A stretch of 28,378 nucleotides of DNA from Spartobacteria bacterium (GTDB taxonomy: Bacteria; Verrucomicrobiota; Verrucomicrobiia; Chthoniobacterales; Chthoniobacteraceae): positions 1-28,378 of the forward strand of contig JAYUPM010000360.1 of assembly GCA_043760145.1 (NCBI GenBank). Reading direction: 5' to 3'. The notes beneath the pieces were generated by a model. That model was not told the origin of the DNA. It saw only the letters and a list, made by a program, of their open reading frames with translations, and did no database searches. Below, piece after piece: positions 1 to 10,775 of the stretch. How positions within the stretch are numbered: the first letter of the stretch is position 1; each line of letters opens with the position of its first letter. A program made the position numbers and the translations under genes.

Positions 1-3000
1 CCGCCGCGGAGTGTGAAAATTCGCGAGGTGCCGACATTCACATCGCCATGAGTGAAGATGGAAATGTTTCCACCCGACTCAGTAAGGACGCCTTGATCCA
101 AAGCCTGGTTGCCACTGATATCGAATCCAACCGTAAGTCCGCCACCCGGGGCGAACAGGCTGATGTTTCCGCCGCTCTTGGTCTTGACCTCGCGCGAGGT
201 GAGCAGGATATCGCCGGGCAATTTCGTCCCGCTAAAGAGGGCATCGATTGCCGCGAATCCTGAATCGTAGTTCCCCGTGATTGCTTTGTCGCGTCCGGCA
301 TCGCGGAGGACGAGGTAAAACATTTCGAGCGCGAGATGGGCCCGATCCGCCGGGGCAAGCTGGTCGAGCTTTGCGGCGGTCCTAACACTGGATTGGCCGG
401 ACTGGAGGTTCAGTTCGGCCAGATATCCGGCAATCTCAGTTGATGTAAGCTGGTCGAGGAAGCTGTCGATATCGAGGCTGCTGTTGGCCAGTCCAAGCGA
501 ACTCCCAATTCCTGCTCCTGCAAAAATACTCGCTCCTTCAAATGGCAGCGCCGGATTGCGGGCATTGCCAAGGCTCAGGATTCCGACGCCGGTGCCATCC
601 GGATTATTCGGCCCGATCCCAAGATCGAGATTGCGCCCTGCAAGCACCTCAAGCACTCCCGGGCCGCTGATCTGGATATCGCCAGCCAATGTGCCACTGC
701 CGGAATTGAGCGCGTTGCCAGGTGCCTGCGCCAGGATCCGCAACGGGGAATTTGGGGCGTAAGCAATGATATCGCGTCCTGCGGAAACCACGGAGAGATC
801 GCTTGCGGAAGTGTTCTGAATATATAGGGCGATATCGCTCAGATCGTTGCCAGCAATGACGCGGGCGGATTTTGCCGAGAAAAGAGTGAGGCCTGAAATG
901 TCGCCATTGAGGGCGTAAAGATGCACAGGATTCGGGTCCCCGGCATGGAGGATGCCCGAAGCGTGAAGCGCTTGCTTGGTTTCGAGGGCCGCCGCCGCGT
1001 CCTGTGTGGAGCCGGTCTCGGCGAAGCGGACGTCAATTGAGGAAAGGAAATTATCCTGGGTCGCCCGGCTCTGGGACGCGCTTACGCCACTGATCGTTTG
1101 ATACGCGAAAGGCGACGCGACACCCGGCAGCGAATTGGGATCCGCATCAGAAAGGTTGATCCCCCCCGAGCCCCACGAGCGCACGAATGTGTTGGGGATA
1201 ATCGAGTTGGTCATGCCGTTGGGGTGCAGGCCATTGATGGAATTGGCGGCGGCGAGATCAACTGTGCCACGGGCACTCGGGAAGAGCGTCAAGCCCCCCA
1301 CAAGGTTGAGGTTCCCCGAGAAGGCAGTGGCCCGGAAGGTCGGTGCCATCAGACTGGCAGCGGTGCGGAACGGAGCCACCTGGCTTTCATTGAGGCGCAG
1401 CCATGGTTGATAAAAGGAGGCGGAAGGAACGCTTCCCGCGACTAGGAGTAACTCTCGCTGGAACCATGCCTGGAGAAGCGGTGTCGGGGTGGATTCCCCG
1501 GCCAATGTGGCGCTGGTCCGGAGTGTCACTGAGCCGCCAAGCGACGAGACGTTGACACTTGAGGTGGGGGCGTATGTGGAGAAATACGATTTATACCAGA
1601 AGGTGTTATTGACGCCGCCCGGGAGCATGAATGGATTCGCCACCGGCCCGAGAAGGAGGTCGCCCTGGGCTGCCACCTCAAAGCTTCCTTTTCCAAGAAA
1701 GAGCGTTGTCGGCAACCACGCATTGGGCGACTCGACCTCATTGGGCACCTTCAAAATTGTGAGGGAAGGCGAACGTGTCGCATTAGTGCGGATCTGATTG
1801 CCCGCGCGCAAAGTCCCCTGCCCGCGTTCGATGTAATAAACACCGCCATCGATATCGTGTCCGGCGCGAACCGTTAGATCGCCTCCCCCAAATTCCACGA
1901 GGTCCGCTGCCCGGGGCGTTCCTTTTGGCATGCGGGCATTAGTTGGGACCATGGCATCCACATTGGCGATGTCGCGTCCGGCGATCAGGCTGACATTGCC
2001 GCCACCGAGGGCCCCAACGCCTTCAAAGAAATTGGAGAAATCGACCCACCAGGTTGTGGATGCCACATCGCCCCAACGCGCCACTCCGAACTGGCCAGTG
2101 GCGGGATCAACATATCCACGCCGATAAAGCCAGTTGGTCGGCATTTCACGCTCGGAGTCGGCAATCAAGTTGCCAAGCGGGTCGCGGGTCAAATGCGCAA
2201 TATTGCCGCCGGCCGCCAGTGCCACATTGCCGCCTGCATAAGTATATTGGGCTGCGTAAAGCGGCGATTGCTGAACAGCGCCAAGGCTCCCCTGTCCGCC
2301 GAGCAGACTCAGGACGGGGAGATCAAAATCACCCGCTGCCTTCACTGTTGTTGGGTTTAGAATCTGCGTCCCCGCCGTGTAAATCGTCGCAAACTGATTC
2401 AGTAAATGAAGGTCCCGCCCGGTCGAAATATCGATGCTCCCGGAACCGGTCCGGATGACCTGAAATCGGTTGCCAATCGCATTCTGGGTGAGGCCGCCGG
2501 TCCCAAATGGATTGGAAATATTGGTGCCGCCGTTTTTGCCGAGAAGCAGCGAACCGGAATTGGCCGTGAGATTCGCAAGCGGTCGGACGCCATGGAAATC
2601 TGCGGATGAAAAGTCAGCCCCAGCAGTAAGACGGTAAGACCATGATTGCGCGTTGGCCTGGAGCAATGGGTTTTGGGCAAGCAACAGCGCGGTGTAAGCA
2701 CTCGAAACAAATCCATCGCTCAACGAATTGAAGAAGACGAGATCCACAGATGCACGCATCGTGAGGATGCCGGGGACATTCTTTGGTCCAAAACGGAACG
2801 TGGAGAAATCCCAATCACTGGTGTTGATGGAAGCGGCGGTGCCGAGTGTCAGGTTGCCGCCGAGGTTGATCAGTTCAGTGCCGGGAACGATGCTTACAAC
2901 AGGGTTCAGAGCTGCATTGCTGGCAAGGAGCCGGGCTGTCATCGCCCCAGTATTGGCGGTGAACGCCGTGCCGTTGGCACTCACGCTGGCCCGCGTCGCC

Positions 3001-6000
3001 GCTGCGATCAATCCGCCTGCGGGTGTCAAAAGTTGGTATCCTTCAATAACAATACTTGAAGCATCCACGATCGTCCCGTTGAGCGGCGCCATGCGCAAGT
3101 CAACTGCTCCTGCAGTCTGTGGGGCGCGCAAATGGAGAGTCCCGGAGAACTGTCCGGCCCCCGCGCTGGTTGCAGTTTTTTGCGCCACAGAAAGATCGAT
3201 GGTCGAGCCGGCCTGCACGTCAAGAATCGCTGCGGCGTTGATAATCCCATTCGTCTGGGAGCCAGCCTCCAACGTGATTGCCCCGCCCTGTCCGGCAGTG
3301 GAAAAGTCCTGGCCGGCTGCCGTCAGGATCGAGCCGGTAGCCAGCGCGATGCTGCCATGCGCATAAAGCCCAATTGAACCACCGGTAACCCCCGAGGCAT
3401 CAAGGATTCCATTCACCGTAATCGATCCGGCATCGGTCGAGAAACGGAGCGTCCTTGCGGCTGAAGTGCCGTCGATAAGCAGATCACCGGTCCGCAGCCG
3501 AACCGCGCGGGCTTCAAAAAAACCACCTGCATCAAGTTTCGCGCCGAGTGCTGCGAGACTGCCTCCGGGGATCGTGGCGACATCAATGGAGAACGCGCCG
3601 CCCCGACCATTGACACCGCCCTGGCCTTGCAGTGAACCATTGAAATTGATCGCCCCCAATGGAGCGGAAATGGAAATGGCACCCGCATTCCCGCCAGCTC
3701 CCTGCGCGGCAACCGACAAGCTGCCAGTCCCGCCGATTGTTACTGAACCGGTATCGGAGATCAGATTGATTGAGCCGCCATCGGTGTAACGTGTGAGATC
3801 ATAAAAGAGTTGGGCTGTGCCACCAACATCGAGGCCGCCATCCACATTCACATCACCTGTTGTTGCATGAAGAGTCAGGGATCCGCTCGGCAACGACACG
3901 GCGCTACTCGCCACAATGGATGCGCCTTCAAACGTGAGGCTGGCTCCCAGCCCTCCCAGATCCGCCGACGCACCGCCTGGAGATCCGACAGTGGGTGCTT
4001 GAATCGTCACGACCCCACCCGCGCTAAACGTATGCACTGCCCCTTTTCCGGCCGCGAATATCGGCGTTGTTGCTGTCAGCGAACCTTGCGCCGCCAACCC
4101 CCCGGTTCCCGACGCAATGATGCTTCGCGATGCGGTGAGCTCAAGGTTTGCGAACTGATCGAGCTTCACAATACTGCTCCCAATCCGAATCGTTTCCGCC
4201 TCAAATTCCAAGGTCCCGCTCGCTGCCGCCACAATCCCTGGAATGGAACCGCCCGGACTGTTGTCGAGCGTGATGACTGGCGCGGAAAACGTCGCCGTTC
4301 CCGTCCCACCCGCGCTGGTATTGAATCCGCGGATTTCAGACGCATGAAGCGCGAGGGTCCCGAGCGAGCTCACAGTGCCATTGCCGTAAACATCGATGGA
4401 TGAATAACTCAGAAGCGAGAGGGTTCCGGCGGATTGGAGGCTTTGAAGGGCAGCACCCGCGAGGACGAGGCCGACGGTGGGTTGCAACGCGCCGGGATCA
4501 TTGAGCTGAAGCGAGATCTGGCCGCTGTTGAGCGAGATCGCCTTGCCATCAAGGGACGCACTCGGATCCAGCGAAGTCGCGTATGTCGAATCGAGGATGA
4601 CTCCCTCCCCTGCAATCGTCACTCCGGTCCCGATCATCATATTGGGCAATGTCGAACTCCCCAAACCAGCCCGGACAATTCGTGCCGATGGATCGCTGCT
4701 CACCAATAGGAGCGTTCCATCGCCACTGCCAGGGACCGAAGCAGTGCCGAGCCGCATTGTTTCACTCGAATTAATCCGGAGCCCCGTTTGATCGATTTGG
4801 GCGCCGTCTGCGAGGGTAAGATTTCGATTGGCCACAAGCACCAGTTCAGGCACTCGCAATGGGGAGCCGGCATTGTCCACGGTCACATTGCTGCTCTTGA
4901 CCTGGATGGTGATTCCGTTGCTGCCAAACTGACGGAGTCCGCCGATCAGCAAACTTTCGGCTCCGAACCGATTAAGATCGCCAGCTTTCAGGACGAGCTC
5001 ACCCGGGGCTCCGCCACTGCCCGACCCGGAAATCCGGATATCGAGGGCACTGGAAATGTCGACCAGCCCGCCGCGACTGAGCTGTGGGGCATCCGCAGCG
5101 ACCCGGCCCTTGAGGATCAACGATTGAGTCGCGGTGAGGACCAGATGTCCTGCATCGCGGGGAGCGCGTGGCACTGCGAGGCCAAGCTTCCTCGGCGCTT
5201 CGGTCAGGACGATGTTCCCTGAGAATCCGTCATATTGGGCGCGCTGCCGGACAACCGATCCGGACGCAATTTCGAAAATGTTTCCAAGTGATTGCTCCGT
5301 CTGGCTTTGCCCGGAGCGAGATCCGGTGACGATGCTTGAGCCATCGGGCAACGCATGGGTTCCGTTGGGGATGCCCGTTTTTGGAGTGACGAGGAACGCG
5401 CCGGGCAGCAGGGCATAACGCGCCGGCAAAAGCGTATACATGCCGGCAGGCAATCCATTGCTTGCACCGAGATAAACCTTGTCGCCCGCGCGAAGCGCAC
5501 TGTTCACGTAGCCCGGATCGCCGCCGAGATTCCCTGTCCTCGAAGCGGTGGTGAACGGGGCGTATGGAGCGTAATCCGCCGAGTAATTGGGAATGACAGC
5601 AAAGGTGGTTGTCGATGCGAGGATGTCGTTGCTGCCGCCGGTGCCGGGAACCCAGCGATAGGCGAAAATATCGCCGCCGCCACGGATATCGATTAAGGAG
5701 CCGCCGGCATCGGTGATGTTGGCAGCGGAAAGGCGGATCGCTTTGCCTGGCGCGCCTGTGGCCGTGATGTCGGTCCCACTTGGATCGATCCATGAGATGC
5801 CATTGAAATTGAGGCCGAATGGGATGAGCGCGCCTTGACCTGTCTGCGGATCGATACCGGAAACAGAGGTGTAGCTCCCTTTGCCCAAAGTGAGTTGGGT
5901 GGTTGCCGCCACGGCCTGGCCGGTGATGAGATTAATCGGGGGAGTCCCGACGCCATCCCAACCGAGATGAATCGTCCCGAGCGGCGCGCGCACGGTTCCA

Positions 6001-9000
6001 CGTTGCTCAATGATCGAGCCGTGAATGGTGAGCAGCCCGCCAACAGAGAGCGGCAATGGACGTGAGCCCGAACCGATGATTGTGACTGAGCCCGGTTGCG
6101 ATAGACCTCCCACTGTGTAATCAGATGCCGCAATCGCAAATGCCACCGCAGTTGGCGGATAAACCTGGCCCGCAATCATCACGATCTTGCCTGCGACATT
6201 CAATGTCCCATCCCCCCGGATATCCCCCTTGTGCGCAATGAATTTCGCCAACCCAATTCCTTGCAACGACAAGTTCCCGATATCGATCAAATCAGCGGTC
6301 ACAGTCAGACTCCCCGCCCCATAAGTCGGTGAGAAATTGAATGGGACTGAGCCGGATTGGAATGGGTTGCGCGATTCTTCCGGGGCGAATGGCGGACGGA
6401 ATGGTGTGCCCAAGACTACATGCGGCGCGGTTAATCGGACTGCGCTATCGCTGAAGATCACACCCCCACTGCCAACGTTAAGGCTTCCCGCTGTCGCCAG
6501 GTTGATCAGTCCAGAAAAGTCGACGCTTCCCATCAGCGAGACCGCATCAAACCCGCCCCGGGCAAAAGTGGAAATGGAGATATGGCCTTGGGCAAGGGCG
6601 TTCCCAGTGCCATCAATGATCGGCTTGCCGACGCGCTTGCCGGGGGCGAGGAAATTCTGCGGAACGTTCAAGCCGTCCTGCGTCACGAAGAGCGTCACGC
6701 TGAGCGGAGTCTGCGGGGTCGAATCGCCGAGCGCCACGAAGCGACCCGAGGAGAGGGTGATCGAACCGCCGAGCGCGCTGGGTCCGCCTGCGCGTCCGAT
6801 GAGTGTGGCATCGCTAAAGAGCGCCTGACCACCGGCTAAACTGATCGAGCCGGCGCTGGTTTCCACCAAGGTCGATGTCACCAGCGATCCAAGGAATGAT
6901 CCCTCCATCGGACGTGCTGGAAGCATTCCAAGCATCCCGTATCCGAGGGCGAGATCGAGGTTCGTCTGGGTCCCAGAAACGTTGAGCCGCGACCCGGCCG
7001 CCGCAACGATATTGCCACTCACATTGATGCTCCCACCGCGAAGCGCGAGCCCGACGTCATTGCCACGCGGATCCGCAAGCATCACGGTCTTTCCTTTCGC
7101 AGAGAGCACGGAATTGGGTCCGATAAACACCGTTGCCAGGGCTTTCAACTGCGCCTGTGCGATCTCGGGAAATACGACGTTGGAATCGCGGCCGCCGCCA
7201 ATCGTGATTGCGCCGCCGGGGGCAAAAATGGAGCCGAGGACCGTCGCGGTTTCGCCTGTCAGCGTCACACTCCCGAGCGCGTCGGTGGTGATCCGGGTGC
7301 CTCGTCCAAGCACCAAATCTCCACGGATAATTGGGAGCTTGGTGAAACTGTCGCGGACACCGAGCGCGTTGAAAGTCAGACTGACCGGTGAGCGATAGCC
7401 CTCAGGTTTATCGACGGGAATCAGGGCGATATTGGTTCCGTTAGAATCGGGCACTGCAACGCTGCCACGGACCTGCGGGGCGAGCTCGATCCCGGCCGAG
7501 ATCAGGATTGCTGGAAGCGATTCGCCTGCGCCGTTCAAAGCACCGAGCCCCTTTAAAGTGAAGCTGGCAAACCCGCCTTGGTTAAAGAAATCCGTTGGAA
7601 GCAAAAGGGTTCCGGGAATGCGAGTCAGTCCACCGACTTGAATACGCGGCGCAAGAATACTGAGGGAACCACCCTTCGCTCCTGAATATCCGAGAAGATT
7701 GGCGCCAAGGTTGAGGTGTCCACCGATAACGGCCGCGAGAACGGGATCGCGGGCAACCGTCGCGGCCTGTCCCGCATTGATCACGATCCGGCCGCCGTTG
7801 CCATAGGTCCGTTTCCCAGTGGGAGTAAGAGCCACCCCGCCCGAGACATCAATCGTGCTTCCGGAAATCAGATTCACATTGTAACTGGAAATGGAGACTG
7901 AGCCGCCACCATTGATGAATGGCTGCTCCCCGGGCACAGGCGTCCCAGCCCGGTCATCCACAATCAATCCCGCCGTGTTCAATTTCGCATCCGCGCCCAA
8001 CGTGAAATGTCCGCGACGCTTATTGGGCTCCGGCGTTTGGGCAGCGTCGGGACTGGCAAGTAAATCAGCGACCGTTGTGGGCGAAATATTATGCGCTGTC
8101 AGTGTCAGGTTGCCGCCGGCGATTGTGATGCTCCCCTCGATATCGATATTGGATCCATCAAGGGTAAGCGACCCGCCAACTGTCCCATTCAACGACACTC
8201 CTTTCGACACCACGATCCCTCCATCCGCATTGCTGATCGTCAGATTGCCAAACCCGCCGGGCCCCACCAATTCGGGGGCGAGAAACACATGACTGCGCCG
8301 CTCAGGCCGCAACGCGAATGGGTTGCCCGTCGGATCGAGCCGGAATGCAACTGGCGCAGGCGCTTGGAGCCCGTTCTGGAATATGACTTTGGGCGGCGTT
8401 GGCGAAAATGTTTGGAACCGCGGACCGGTCGGGGATTGCGCCTGAAAAGTCAGCGACAAAGTGCTCAGCCCGGGTCCAACCACGCGCTGGCGCGGACCTG
8501 TCACCGTATGGCCGACCAATGATCCATCAAGCGCCACGGCAGGCGCATTGATGGTGAGGGATCCTCCGTTTCCACCATGCGTGTAACCCGGTTCAAAGTG
8601 CTCGCCATCAAGTGCCAGCGGGTTTTTGAAGGTCTCGCTGAAACTGTATTTCGGATGGAACTCGGTGAAATTCCCCGTGTAAATCCCGTCGTAGATTTGG
8701 TCTGGAGTCGCTTGGGTAATATCGAGAAGACGCGCCCCTTGGATCAGCCGGGTGGTTTTTACAAGCCCCCCAAGATATTCAACGGTCCCGCCGGAGACAT
8801 CGACCTTGGAGCCGCTTTGCAACACGACGGAGCCGCCCGCATTAAGTTTCACGTTGCCGCCCGCAATCGTCAGTTCGCCAACGCTGCGCTCGATGAGCCC
8901 GACATATCCGGCCGCGTTTGCGAGCGGCGTTCCCACCCAATTGGCCCCGTTGAATATGCCACTTTCACGCGCATCGATTTGGATTGTCGCGCCACGGAAG

Positions 9001-10775
9001 ATGCCATCGCGCTGAAGCGGGGCATCGGCAAACTCAGAGCCGCGAAGCTCAAGCGAGAGGATATTGGAAGTCAGCAACGCACTGACACCTGTGGATCCGG
9101 CGGCATTAATCAGGGCCCCGGAGTCGAGGTAAATTTGCCCCGCCGAATAGATGAAGGGCGACACCGGCGTTGTTGGCGTTGCAGCGGAAAATTTCCATGT
9201 CCCGGCGTTCAAGGTCATGGCAGCACCCGGGGCCAGCAGCGTGGAATCCGAGGCAAGATGAATGACGAGCCCATTGATGTTGACTTGGGAAGGAAGGGCC
9301 AGGGTCGTTCCAACCACTGTGGCTGCATTTGAAAACTCAGGCAGAATCTGCGTGGCGCTACCCGGCCCCAAGGTCACGGTCCCGGTGGACTTGAAAAGAA
9401 ACGGGGCGTGCCCTTTTGCGGTGCCACTGGCGCTGATTGGGTAAGGAACCGCATCGAAACTTGCCAACAGATCAACCCGGCCATTGAGCGAGACCGAGGT
9501 GCTGCTATCGACGGCGCCGAGTTGTTTTACATTCTTGCCAGCCATCGTGAGGTTGGCACGCGGAGTGAGAATCAGACCGGAATTGGTCGCCGCTCCCGCG
9601 TAAACCGGCCCGACGCCTTCCGCAACGGCCCCGACAAAAACATCGAGGCCACGCAGGGACGGATCGCTGCTTGCGTGAGCGCCGAAGCCGATTTGCAGCC
9701 CGGCGGCCAGAATCGTCTGACCATCGGGGGTGGAAATTGTCCCGGCGTTATGCACGTTGGCGCCGAGCAGCATCACGCGCCCACCAACCTTCGCATCGTT
9801 GGATGGACTTTTGATAACCGCGCCGGCCTGCACCTTCACATCGCCATTGGTCCCATCGGGCGTCAACGGATCTTCCGGCGTGAATGCGGGAGTCCCATTG
9901 GCGCCAGCAAGGATTGGCAACGATGAAAAAAGGAACTGCGCATCCGGGTTGTTGAGCAATCCGCGCGAAACAAGATTCTCATTGATGGGCAACGAAGAGG
10001 CGACAAAGGAGTGGAGATTCACCTGACTCGAACCGCCGAAGATGATCCCATTCTGGTTGATCAAATAAACTGAACCGGGCCCTGTGATGGATCCAAGGAT
10101 CTGGCTCGGAATCCCGGAAGGATCGAGCACAAGGTTGAATGCGATCCAACTATTGCTGCCGTCTTTCTGTGTGCCGCGAGCCTGGTTGAAATTGACGGTC
10201 GTCTCTTTCCCGACGTTGAAGGTTTTCCATGTCAACACCGCTTGGGACTGGGTCTGGGTAATCCCGACTGTGGTCTTGCCTTTTGAGACCGTTGATTTCG
10301 GAAGAAGCGCTCCGCGCCAGAGGCTCGCATTTTCTCCGGCCGTTGGTGCCGATAGATTCACAGGCACGCCAGGTGCCACTTGCAGCCCGCCCACCACCAG
10401 GCCGTTCGGAACATTTGGCAGCCTCACCCCGGCGTGGTTGGGGTCCATCCCGAGATTATTCGGGCCTCTCCGGGCAATCTCGCGGGCCGATTTTTGCATG
10501 GCTCGCACCGATTGAACCGCTTGCGTCGTCCGTGCCAGGGCATCCTTTGCATTCATCGCCGCCTGGGCCGCCGCTGCGGATGTGGGGCCGCCCGATGCAT
10601 TGCTGCCGGGCTTGGTCCCGACCACGCTCCCGCCGCGCAAAATATCGCCAGCCTCAGCGGGTAAACTGATCGTGAACATGGCGCACATTCCGAGTGCCAC
10701 GGAAATGGCACTAGTGAGTGCCGTCGATGGCGTTGCTCCAATCCGATTCAAACGGGATGGATGCGGAGTTCTCAT
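1..10775 (-). CDS. Giant filamentous haemagglutinin-family TpsA exoprotein (PdtA-like, probable C-terminal DUF3739), 3' partial, >3590 aa
   Basis: Translated by hand. ATG at 10775 overlaps the upstream stop (ATGA). The protein begins MRTPHPSRLNRIG...SLPAEA/GDILRGG (signal peptide), followed by TPS-domain motifs ITQTQSQAVLTWKTFNVG, SQILGSITGPGSVYLINQNGIIFGG. Mid-gene reads GLPAGMYTLLPARYALLPGAFLV. The window edge reads GDVNVGTSRIFTLRGG in the same frame. The track has no minus-strand ORF terminating in this frame, consistent with an uninterrupted ORF leaving the window. Confidence 0.93.
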   Translation of the reverse strand, partial: MRTPHPSRLNRIGATPSTALTSAISVALGMCAMFTISLPAEAGDILRGGSVVGTKPGSNASGGPTSAAAAQAAMNAKDALARTTQAVQSVRAMQKSAREIARRGPNNLGMDPNHAGVRLPNVPNGLVVGGLQVAPGVPVNLSAPTAGENASLWRGALLPKSTVSKGKTTVGITQTQSQAVLTWKTFNVGKETTVNFNQARGTQKDGSNSWIAFNLVLDPSGIPSQILGSITGPGSVYLINQNGIIFGGSSQVNLHSFVASSLPINENLVSRGLLNNPDAQFLFSSLPILAGANGTPAFTPEDPLTPDGTNGDVKVQAGAVIKSPSNDAKVGGRVMLLGANVHNAGTISTPDGQTILAAGLQIGFGAHASSDPSLRGLDVFVGAVAEGVGPVYAGAATNSGLILTPRANLTMAGKNVKQLGAVDSSTSVSLNGRVDLLASFDAVPYPISASGTAKGHAPFLFKSTGTVTLGPGSATQILPEFSNAATVVGTTLALPSQVNINGLVIHLASDSTLLAPGAAMTLNAGTWKFSAATPTTPVSPFIYSAGQIYLDSGALINAAGSTGVSALLTSNILSLELRGSEFADAPLQRDGIFRGATIQIDARESGIFNGANWVGTPLANAAGYVGLIERSVGELTIAGGNVKLNAGGSVVLQSGSKVDVSGGTVEYLGGLVKTTRLIQGARLLDITQATPDQIYDGIYTGNFTEFHPKYSFSETFKNPLALDGEHFEPGYTHGGNGGSLTINAPAVALDGSLVGHTVTGPRQRVVGPGLSTLSLTFQAQSPTGPRFQTFSPTPPKVIFQNGLQAPAPVAFRLDPTGNPFALRPERRSHVFLAPELVGPGGFGNLTISNADGGIVVSKGVSLNGTVGGSLTLDGSNIDIEGSITIAGGNLTLTAHNISPTTVADLLASPDAAQTPEPNKRRGHFTLGADAKLNTAGLIVDDRAGTPVPGEQPFINGGGSVSISSYNVNLISGSTIDVSGGVALTPTGKRTYGNGGRIVINAGQAATVARDPVLAAVIGGHLNLGANLLGYSGAKGGSLSILAPRIQVGGLTRIPGTLLLPTDFFNQGGFASFTLKGLGALNGAGESLPAILISAGIELAPQVRGSVAVPDSNGTNIALIPVDKPEGYRSPVSLTFNALGVRDSFTKLPIIRGDLVLGRGTRITTDALGSVTLTGETATVLGSIFAPGGAITIGGGRDSNVVFPEIAQAQLKALATVFIGPNSVLSAKGKTVMLADPRGNDVGLALRGGSINVSGNIVAAAGSRLNVSGTQTNLDLALGYGMLGMLPARPMEGSFLGSLVTSTLVETSAGSISLAGGQALFSDATLIGRAGGPSALGGSITLSSGRFVALGDSTPQTPLSVTLFVTQDGLNVPQNFLAPGKRVGKPIIDGTGNALAQGHISISTFARGGFDAVSLMGSVDFSGLINLATAGSLNVGSGGVIFSDSAVRLTAPHVVLGTPFRPPFAPEESRNPFQSGSVPFNFSPTYGAGSLTVTADLIDIGNLSLQGIGLAKFIAHKGDIRGDGTLNVAGKIVMIAGQVYPPTAVAFAIAASDYTVGGLSQPGSVTIIGSGSRPLPLSVGGLLTIHGSIIEQRGTVRAPLGTIHLGWDGVGTPPINLITGQAVAATTQLTLGKGSYTSVSGIDPQTGQGALIPFGLNFNGISWIDPSGTDITATGAPGKAIRLSAANITDAGGSLIDIRGGGDIFAYRWVPGTGGSNDILASTTTFAVIPNYSADYAPYAPFTTASRTGNLGGDPGYVNSALRAGDKVYLGASNGLPAGMYTLLPARYALLPGAFLVTPKTGIPNGTHALPDGSSIVTGSRSGQSQTEQSLGNIFEIASGSVVRQRAQYDGFSGNIVLTEAPRKLGLAVPRAPRDAGHLVLTATQSLILKGRVAADAPQLSRGGLVDISSALDIRISGSGSGGAPGELVLKAGDLNRFGAESLLIGGLRQFGSNGITIQVKSSNVTVDNAGSPLRVPELVLVANRNLTLADGAQIDQTGLRINSSETMRLGTASVPGSGDGTLLLVSSDPSARIVRAGLGSSTLPNMMIGTGVTIAGEGVILDSTYATSLDPSASLDGKAISLNSGQISLQLNDPGALQPTVGLVLAGAALQSLQSAGTLSLLSYSSIDVYGNGTVSSLGTLALHASEIRGFNTSAGGTGTATFSAPVITLDNSPGGSIPGIVAAASGTLEFEAETIRIGSSIVKLDQFANLELTASRSIIASGTGGLAAQGSLTATTPIFAAGKGAVHTFSAGGVVTIQAPTVGSPGGASADLGGLGASLTFEGASIVASSAVSLPSGSLTLHATTGDVNVDGGLDVGGTAQLFYDLTRYTDGGSINLISDTGSVTIGGTGSLSVAAQGAGGNAGAISISAPLGAINFNGSLQGQGGVNGRGGAFSIDVATIPGGSLAALGAKLDAGGFFEARAVRLRTGDLLIDGTSAARTLRFSTDAGSITVNGILDASGVTGGSIGLYAHGSIALATGSILTAAGQDFSTAGQGGAITLEAGSQTNGIINAAAILDVQAGSTIDLSVAQKTATSAGAGQFSGTLHLRAPQTAGAVDLRMAPLNGTIVDASSIVIEGYQLLTPAGGLIAAATRASVSANGTAFTANTGAMTARLLASNAALNPVVSIVPGTELINLGGNLTLGTAASINTSDWDFSTFRFGPKNVPGILTMRASVDLVFFNSLSDGFVSSAYTALLLAQNPLLQANAQSWSYRLTAGADFSSADFHGVRPLANLTANSGSLLLGKNGGTNISNPFGTGGLTQNAIGNRFQVIRTGSGSIDISTGRDLHLLNQFATIYTAGTQILNPTTVKAAGDFDLPVLSLLGGQGSLGAVQQSPLYAAQYTYAGGNVALAAGGNIAHLTRDPLGNLIADSEREMPTNWLYRRGYVDPATGQFGVARWGDVASTTWWVDFSNFFEGVGALGGGNVSLIAGRDIANVDAMVPTNARMPKGTPRAADLVEFGGGDLTVRAGHDIDGGVYYIERGQGTLRAGNQIRTNATRSPSLTILKVPNEVESPNAWLPTTLFLGKGSFEVAAQGDLLLGPVANPFMLPGGVNNTFWYKSYFSTYAPTSSVNVSSLGGSVTLRTSATLAGESTPTPLLQAWFQRELLLVAGSVPSASFYQPWLRLNESQVAPFRTAASLMAPTFRATAFSGNLNLVGGLTLFPSARGTVDLAAANSINGLHPNGMTNSIIPNTFVRSWGSGGINLSDADPNSLPGVASPFAYQTISGVSASQSRATQDNFLSSIDVRFAETGSTQDAAAALETKQALHASGILHAGDPNPVHLYALNGDISGLTLFSAKSARVIAGNDLSDIALYIQNTSASDLSVVSAGRDIIAYAPNSPLRILAQAPGNALNSGSGTLAGDIQISGPGVLEVLAGRNLDLGIGPNNPDGTGVGILSLGNARNPALPFEGASIFAGAGIGSSLGLANSSLDIDSFLDQLTSTEIAGYLAELNLQSGQSSVRTAAKLDQLAPADRAHLALEMFYLVLRDAGRDKAITGNYDSGFAAIDALFSGTKLPGDILLTSREVKTKSGGNISLFAPGGGLTVGFDISGNQALDQGVLTESGGNISIFTHGDVNVGTSRIFTLRG

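Noticed and set aside
1-10775. CdiA contact-dependent inhibition toxin
   Set aside because: The motifs seen fit the PdtA/DUF3739 type, and no VENN or pre-toxin motif was noticed. The true C-terminus lies outside the window, so this cannot be fully excluded.
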